From Vicugna vicugna (lineage: Eukaryota): a stretch of DNA of 62,000 bases. The translations under genes were made by a program, and so were the position numbers. Shown here piece by piece: positions 37,500 to 62,000 of this stretch. The stretch is taken from positions 1,251,985-1,313,984 of the forward strand of contig MU057887.1 in the NCBI GenBank assembly GCA_013265495.1, given 5' to 3'. Each line of letters begins with the position of its first letter. Positions within the stretch are counted from its first letter, which is position 1. Below the pieces are notes generated by a model. The model searched no databases, had not been told where the DNA came from, and was given only the letters and a program-made list of their open reading frames with translations.

Positions 37500-40259
37500 G
37501 CTATATGTTAATGTTGAAGATTGTCTTGATTTTCAAACATGCATAGCTATTTTTAGTACTAACCAGTATGCACAATTTATCTTAGCCAAACTTTAATTCT
37601 TTCTACAAAGTGATTCAGACTTCACTGTGAATTAAAATTGACTTAAGTGTAAACCCCAGCCCCTCTCCCCAGGTCCAGGGCAGGCCTAGTAATCTGCACT
37701 TTCCAGGGCGCCCAGGTGACTGATGCAATGCACCACAGACCACAGCGGAGCAGAGGAGGCTGCCCTAGGGATGTGGGGGTGCAGGATGGCGGGGAAGCGC
37801 GGGAGCTGGGGGGCTTATCTGAATACCAAGGTGATGGCCCCTTGGCTGTGCCCCTGGTGGGGGCAGCAGGGAGCCATGGAAGCTGTGGGCCACTGCAGAG
37901 CACACTTCCTGCCGGAGCCATTCTCCCCTGTATTTGTTAACCAGCTGGCCCGGAAGCCACTAGTCTATAGAGATATTTTATTTATGAGGAAATTTTTCAC
38001 CGTCTTACTTCAGTAGCCTCACAGCAAACAGAAAACCTGCTAACTGGACCAGCTTTGGGGGCTCCCATCCAGTGTTCCCTGCACAAAACCAGGGAACGTC
38101 GGTCCCCAGAGGGCTGAGGGAGGAGAGCTGGCTGGGCTGTGCTTCGAACTTTCTCTGGTTAACGTCCTGAGTGTGAGTCATCACCTGGAATGGTCTGGCA
38201 CGGGGACTGCTGTGCTATCGAGGGGAGAGAAGTGTGTGTCACAGATGGCACTGCTGCGCCCGTAGACAGAGCCTGGCGCTTGGAGGCGGGCCGCGTGGCT
38301 TTATGAGCTTTCACCTGGAGCTGTCCTGAGTGACCGAGCCATCAGACTCAGACAGGGCCCCTCGCTCTGGGACGCCTGCTGGCCAGCTGGAGCAGGGCCT
38401 ACGGGAATCAGCAGTCTGCTCCTCTTCCCGCTTGTCTGTATCCTGGTGGGCAGTATAGAAATCTAGAATCCACCACAAGGGTCCTCGGATGTCTGGTCTG
38501 GCCCTCAATTCACAGGGAAAACCCAAAATCTGGAATTAATCCATCCAGCAAATATTTAGGGAAACTACTACGGGCAGGCTGCATTTCTGCCGGGGACACA
38601 GTGGAGTGCAAACTCAGACATCACTGTTCTGGTGGGAGAGGGGGGCTGCCCTGGGCTCTGGGCGGCGCATCCACAGCCAGGGATTGAGCTGGGCCTTTGG
38701 CCCTCACCTGCTCCCTGGCCCTCCCATCCAGGGCTCTCCCCTCCCGCAGCCTCCTCAGGAGCAGCCAAGCTCTCCTCGGGGACAAGGCACACTGTCCATC
38801 TGCACGAGTCCCCAGGCAGGACAGCAGTAACCTGATCGGAAGTCTCCCGAAGCAGATGGGAGAAGCCCTCCCAAGAGCACGTGCTGGGTAACGCAGTGCC
38901 TGCCACCCTCCCCTTCCTGTCTTGGTGTCTGCCTGGCTGCCCTGCTGCTCACCTGACAAAGCTCCCTTCCTCCCGGCTCCCGGGCTCTACGTCCACCACT
39001 GGAAGGGAGACCAAAGTATTCCCGGAGCTCAGGGAGAGGCCAGCCACTTCCTCTGAACGGCAGGTAAACCACCTCGGCTACCACTAGAGGGCCACCCTCC
39101 CGGCTTAAGGCGTCCGACTTCACCTGATTTTCATAATGTTTCATTCATTTCTTGGCGCAGACGACTTCACGTTTCACAGCTCTGAGATCCACGTGTCTCA
39201 CATGGCTGTTAGCAGGCGGCACATGGGATGTCACTGTCTTTGCCTTCACTGGTCCATCACGGACCTGGATTATACACGGTGATTAAAGACTTGGAGCTGC
39301 CAAGGAGCTAAATCACCACACATTTAACTGAAAAGGAGCAAAAACATGTTGCCACGTGTCATGTTCCAGCCACTTCGGGGTGGGTGGCAGCACTCCCATC
39401 ACCAAAGCCCTCTGCTGAGCAGGAAATGACTGCCCCAAGCCTGCACCAAACTACCGCTGGGCAGGGCGAGCTCCTACAGACTGAGCTCCAAACCCAGTGA
39501 CATCAGCTGGGTCACCTACATTTAGGGGTGACCTGGGTTCACTCATTTCTTCCGGGACATGCAAGACGCACTCGCTCCCTTTGTCAGATGTTTCCCTGAT
39601 ACCTTTTTCTTCTGAAAAAAGTAGTCCAGTTTCTGTTTCCCCACAGGGGCCTTGTGTCCTTCCCTCCAACCATGGAGCTCACCCCTGCCTGCTCTTGGCA
39701 CCAGTGGCCCTGACTCTCCAGCTGGCAGTTCCTACTTCTCTTCTCAGAAACGGGGACTTGGGGCCCTCCTCGGTTCACTCTAGACCCTTAACACCAGGAA
39801 TCTGTTCTCAAGAAGATGACTTGCCTTAATAACTATCCGTGGTTAGACATTTATGTCCGCTGTTACTCTTTTAAGAAACTGTTAATAAACTAACGTGATT
39901 TTAATGCCAAGCTTTGGTATGTGTGTTATTGACCTGATTTAAAACTACCTGCATTTGCAGGACATTTCCTCCTCTGCTTTTTCCAAACCATGCTTCACAC
40001 CCTATATGAAATCAATTTATAAGCTGCACCAGCAGTTTTAAACATGAAAAAGAATGAAATGAAAAATAATGGGTACACAGCACATTGCAACGGTAAGAAC
40101 TGTTTTGAGAAGCGTTCTTTTTTATACTTACAGGTAAGTGGTACTCTGGGCCACCCTGTAAAATGTGACACTCTGGGTTGAGGCTGAAATAGTTGAGAGT
40201 CACTGATTTAAAGAATGCTTGTATTTTGCACGTAGGGACTGTAGCCTCTGGTGTCAAAC

Positions 40260-40860
40260 CAAATCTCAGGGTCCTCCGAGCCCGTGGCGCTCTTGGTCTG
40301 AGCTGTGTCATCATGGCTTTGGCCAGCCACACTGACCGCCACCTCCTCACTCTCCCAGCCTCTCGCCCAGTCACTGGACCTCCAGCCAGCTCTGCTCTGC
40401 GGAGATCTCCTGTCTGCCCTCTTCCCTTCTCACACCCTTCTGTTAGGCCCAGCAAACGTTTCCAGGTTCTATCATCCAAAAATATGACATCGGTCATTTG
40501 CCAGGCTCCCCCACCCTCTCCATTCACTCAGGAACAGCCACATCTCCAGGGGGATGGCCCCACTGTGCCTCACCGTTGGAGGAGGCCACTTCCTTCTCTG
40601 GGAACAGCTCACGAGATAGTCATCAAGTCCTCCAGTCCCCTTCTCATCCGCCACATCCATTCCACCAGCAAGGGCTATAGATTTTATCTCCAAACACTCA
40701 TCTTTCTGACGCCACCATCACCTTCCCAGACAGCTGGTGCCCTGGCCTCCTCACAGCTCCTGTCCAGCGCACAACCACGAAATCTTTCTGCGAACTTAAA
40801 TGAGATCACCACACCCCCACGACACCCCCACGCCCTCCCCCCCGCCCCTGGTTAAAACCT
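40260..40860 (+). mobile_element. L2 fragment
   Basis: ccacatccattccaccagcaagggctatagattttatctccaaac resembles L2. Confidence 0.5.
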
Positions 40861-40985
40861 CGGGTGGCCCCCACTGCGCCCCCACGCCGTGTCTGGCCCC
40901 GGTACAGGGCGGGGCCCTCCGCCTGCCGTTCCTTCCCTCCTGATTAGTGAAGGCCTACGCCTCCTTCTAGAAGAACCCAGGTTAA

Positions 40986-57796
<16,811 letters not shown>

Positions 57797-58088
57797 TGGA
57801 GGCTGAGTGGCTGCTCTGCTGCAGAGCTCGCGAGAGGACGTGTCGGGGGCAGGGCCCGGGGCTTGGCTGCTGCTGCCAGAACCTGCCGCCCCAGTCCTGG
57901 CCAGGCCGGACAAGGTTCTGAAGGCCTCCAGGGCAGGGACGGTCCGTCTCCTCCCCTTGCTGGCTGGTGGGTCTGTCCCAGGCGCCCCATTTAGAGAGTT
58001 CCTCTTTCACACCCCCAAGAGGGTTTCCCACCAGGAGGACACAAAGCGGACCAGGGGCGGGGTTGTGTGGGCTGCAGGGACGGCATCC

Positions 58089-58094
58089 AATAAA
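58089..58094 (+). terminator. TRMU: Probable TRMU polyadenylation signal AATAAA
   Basis: First canonical hexamer seen after the stop, ~290 nt downstream. Confidence 0.75.
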
Positions 58095-58529
58095 AGTTCT
58101 GTCTGGAATGTGAACTCTGACGGCGGCCTCCAGTGGGGTAGAGGCCCGTGCAGGTGGTCTCAGGGGCTGCACGGCGCTGGCCTGCCCGACCGTGCGGACA
58201 CACACGTCGACAGCACGAGACAGCGACGGAACCCCCACGCTCCTCGCCCCTCCGTTCACAGCTGTGCCCACCACCTGTGGCACGGGACGGACCTGACGGG
58301 CCTTGAGCCGAGGCCCAGCCTACTAGGTCACACTCAGTGTGTCTGCTGGGGAGGGGATCTGGAGCCCACCCTGAGGGGCGGCCCCCCTCCGTCTGCATGG
58401 CTGCGTCGAGACCACCCCTCCCCTGCAGAGTGCCCAGCACCTGGCCACCCACGTGAAAGCTGCAGGACTGCAGGGGCCTTCGCTCACGGAAGGATCAGAG
58501 GTGGGAGACTGACTGGAGCACATGCACGT

Positions 58530-58795
58530 GTCTGAGTCTGTTTGGGCTGCTGTGACAAAATACCCCAGACTGGGTGGCTTAGAGACAGCAGGCGTTCATT
58601 TCTCACAGTTGTGGAGGCTGGTGTCTGAGATCAGGGTGCCAGCTCAGTTGTATGAGGGTCCTCTTACGGGTCACTGATGGCCGTCTTCTCACTGTGTCTT
58701 CACATGGTGGAAGGGGTGAGGCCCTTCTGGGACGTCTTGTAAGCACACCAGTCCCATCCATGAGGGCTCCGCCTCCCAAAGGCCCCACCCCCTAA
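58530..58795 (-). mobile_element. MLT1A-type LTR
   Basis: agtctgtttgggctgctgtgacaaaataccccagactgggtggctta...tttctcacagttgtggaggctg...cttctcactgtgtcttcacatggtggaaggg. Confidence 0.8.
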
Positions 58796-61700
58796 CGCCG
58801 TGACGGCAGACAGCAGGATTCTAACCTGTGCATCTCGGGACACAAACACTCGGACCGTTCAGTGCACGTGCATGTGTGCACAGGTGTGTCTTGTGGGGAG
58901 AGGGTGGCTCTGCCTGGCAGATGAGAATGCAGACAGACCTTCAGAGCTGGCGTTGGCTGGGGCATTTTGGTCTCCACGGAGTCCCGGGGTGACCGCTGTC
59001 CTGCTGTCGGCGATTGAAAGGCCGGCTGGACTGGGAGGCGGGATGTTTGGAGACGCTCAGCTCTGCCTGCCCCTGCTTGTCCTCGTGGGCTCTGTGCTGC
59101 GGGAGGAGCTATCACCCAGCTCAGGCGGGAAACTGGCCTTTCCTAGGAGGGCCCGAGTCTGCATGCCCCACTGCCACAACTCCCCAGCCCCTGGGCCCAG
59201 CCGCCTGCTCTGGGTGCCAGGACAGGTGAACCTCAGGCTCCCTTCCTTTTACTGGCCTTATACCCAGCACCTTCTTGGTTCTTCAAGCCAGGCTTCTGTG
59301 GGGGTTTGAGGTGTGGTTCCCTGTCTCCTGTGTAGAAGGTTCTAGAGCAGAGGCAGCAGAGCCTCTGATGGGGGAGGTCCTTGGGAGAGACTCTTCCAAG
59401 GGCGGGGGGCGTGCGGAGCTGTGTGCCTCCCTGCCCTCCGAGGCTCAGGAGCCCCTGGTGCTGGGGGGCTGAGCTGCAGGGCCAGCTCTGGGTTGAGGCA
59501 CCCCAAGTCAGAACCCCCCCAGGCCGGTCACACAAGGAGGAGCCCAAAGTGGGTGACGGGCACCTCACCTCCAGTGTGCAGGGTCTGGGAGCCACAGTGA
59601 GGACTGGGTTCCCTTCTGAACAGGAGGGGAGGCCTGGGGAGTGGCGGATGTGGTTGAGCGAAAGATCACTCAGGCCTGTGTGAGGTTCAGATGGAGGGGA
59701 CGGGGGGCCCAGGTGGGCTGTGGAGGGTTGAACCAGGTGACAGCAAGGACATGGTTGCACTTGGAAAGTCAGACAAAGTGGGTCAGGGAATGGACCACTA
59801 AGCCCTTTGTCCTGACGCTGTTGGCTGGGTGTCTCTGCTCACCCTGGTCTGCAAAGTGGGGTGTTGTCCAGAGTGGGAGGGGGTCCAGATGCCCTTGGTT
59901 CTTCAGCGAGTTTGGATCAGGCTGGGCCCCATAGCCGGCTTAGTGGGACCCTGTGTTGGGGTGACAGGCTGTGGTGTGGGGGAGCTTCCAGAGCTGCGCC
60001 AGCCCCCACTGCACACCCCCACCCAGTGCTGGACGGAATCGGCCCCAGCTCAGTGGTGTCCAGTCCTAGAGCAGCACGTAGACTCCCACTCTGCAGTGGG
60101 GCTTGTGAGGGGTCGGGGGACAGGACATGGACCCTGCCCTGCCAAGTGGGCAGACCGCATGAGGAGGAGGACGCATCTCAGGAGGGACTGAGGGTCCCGG
60201 CCCGACCTGCACCAAGAGCCCCCATGTGGCCGGGGGCCTGCGACAACCGAGCTGTTAGAAACGCATAGCTGGTGGGGCGTGAGGGCCGGCGCCCAGAGCA
60301 AAGCGTCTTCCTCCCACGCCCCTGTGACTGGAGGAAGCCCCAGTCTAAAGAGCTGAGCCCCTCACGTCCCTCCCCTCCCGCTTCCCAGGCCCTTGCCCTC
60401 GGCTCACTCCCACCTGAGGCCCCACCCAGCAGGACGCTTCCCCAGCATGGGGAGTTGGCCCAAGCGGCCCACCCTGCCACGTGGTCTCTGAGACGGTTCC
60501 TGTGATCCAGATGCAGAATTAGTCCCAGCGAGGTAGGGGGCTTGGGCTGGGCGGCTGCCCCTGCGCAGGTGCATGCTCCCGCCAGGCTGGACGAGGGAGG
60601 CCCTGCTCTGCACGGCCGGAGGCAGACGGCAGCCTGGCACCTGCTCTCCACGTTGTGCTGGGCTGGGGGAGCCAGACAGGCCAGCAGTGCCCCTGGGGAC
60701 CCTCTGCCCAGCGTGGCGGCCAGGCTGAGACACCGCCTTTGTTCTGCCTTCTCGAAGGGCAGCGCAGAGCCTCCCTGGGCTTAGGTTCCCCTGATCTATT
60801 GCCCTGGTGGCTGGGCCCCTCGCCTGGGTACAAGGTCTGAACTGTGGACCCGTGGAGGAGCCTCCGTGGTGGGAGGAAGGGCGGCCAGGGGGAGGTCGGC
60901 TTGGGCAGGGGCCAGCGGAGGGGAGCCCACCCTTCTAGCCTCTGGACGGCTCTGTCTGTCCTGCCAGCCCGTTGCCAGGCCTCCAGCCAGGATGACCAGT
61001 GGATGTAGGTGGGAGGAGGGGGCACAAAGCTGCTGCTGCCCCTCGGGGCACCAGGCCTCACCCGTGGCTGGTGCCCTCGGCATCCTCCTGCCTGGCAGTG
61101 CTATAGTCTCTCTGGGGCACAGCCGCCTCCCGTGCCACTGGGTGGCTCTGGAAGGCCTCTGGGCAATGCCTCAGATTTAGCTGCAGCTGTCGGCCAGGGG
61201 GCGCCTTTGAGCTGAGTTCGTTGGCTGGGACTCTGGCCTCTCCCCACTCCCAGCCCAGCCCAGCCCAAGCACCTGGGGCCAGCCGACTCTAGGGCAGTAC
61301 CCTCCAGGGGACCTTCAGAAGACCCACTCAGGCCGAGACATGGATGCGCTTCCCCGCTCCTGCCCCGACGGGCACCCGGCTTCCAGGGCCCCGTCACCCT
61401 CACCCGTGAGGGAAGGGCCCAGGGCTGGGTGCCTTCACACACCTCCTCCCGGCTCTTGATGTGAACCACGCGCTGCCCCCTCTGCCCACATCGTTTCCAG
61501 AGCGTCGCAGCAAGAGCCCAGAGCTGCTCGCGCTTCACACCCAGAAGGCTCTGGCCCGAGGCCCTGAGTCGGTGTCAAACCCCTGGGGCTTGTCTTCTGT
61601 CCCCTTGGGCTCCAGCTGCCTTATGTCCACGTCCCAGGAAGCCTTCCCCACCCTCCGCACACCCCCCACCCCCACCCCCCCACCCCCTCGGGTGTCTTAG

Positions 61701-62000
61701 TAAACCCCGTCCAGAGGGAGGGGGTCCCAGAGTGAGGCTACAGCTGTGATGTGAAGGAGCCATTACACCTGCAGCGGGGTTGGGGGCAGTTTGGATACTT
61801 TTGTGGCCTGGACAATGTTTAGATATTCCGTGTTCACACCTGTGTTTTTGTCTTGATCCCGGGAGGTCCCAGAGCGGCTGTGTCTGAGGTTGGTGTTGAG
61901 TGCAATTACCTGTGTCCCCGGGACGACCGCCAGGCCAGGCGGGTGCGCCTGCTCCCCTCCGCCGGGGGCTGCGCTCCTTCCCCAGGGCTTTCCCGTTAAG

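Noticed and set aside
58800..62000. 3' end of CELSR1 on the minus strand, expected from human synteny
   Set aside because: No recognisable CELSR1 coding sequence or clear minus-strand poly(A) signal at the window end; probably beyond 62000.

Overview
GC-rich mammalian genomic DNA carrying three consecutive + strand spliced genes in the order known from human 22q13.31: the 3' part of TTC38 (11 coding exons, 68-14917), complete GTSE1 (CpG-island promoter at ~17.4-18.2 kb; CDS 18138-37123, 723 aa, or 742 aa from an in-frame GTG) and complete TRMU/MTU1 (CpG-island promoter at ~41.0-41.9 kb; CDS 41385-57796, 421 aa). All coding exons were walked by hand, have GT-AG boundaries and keep frame. Five tRNA-Ala(AGC)-derived SINEs of Vic-1 type point to a camelid genome. 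Introns hold old MIR, L2, L1, MLT1/MLT2, MER5A, MER20 and MER44-like fragments. Repeat names and human comparisons are recalled from memory and need alignment. I find no previously undescribed multi-gene system. The best leads are gene-level: a GTG where human GTSE1 has its upstream ATG, decay of two clathrin-binding LIDL motifs in GTSE1, a stop-inserting NAGNAG acceptor, an upstream in-frame strong-context ATG in TRMU, and several cryptic or recursive-type splice signals. Most ORFs in the supplied track are GC-rich noise.
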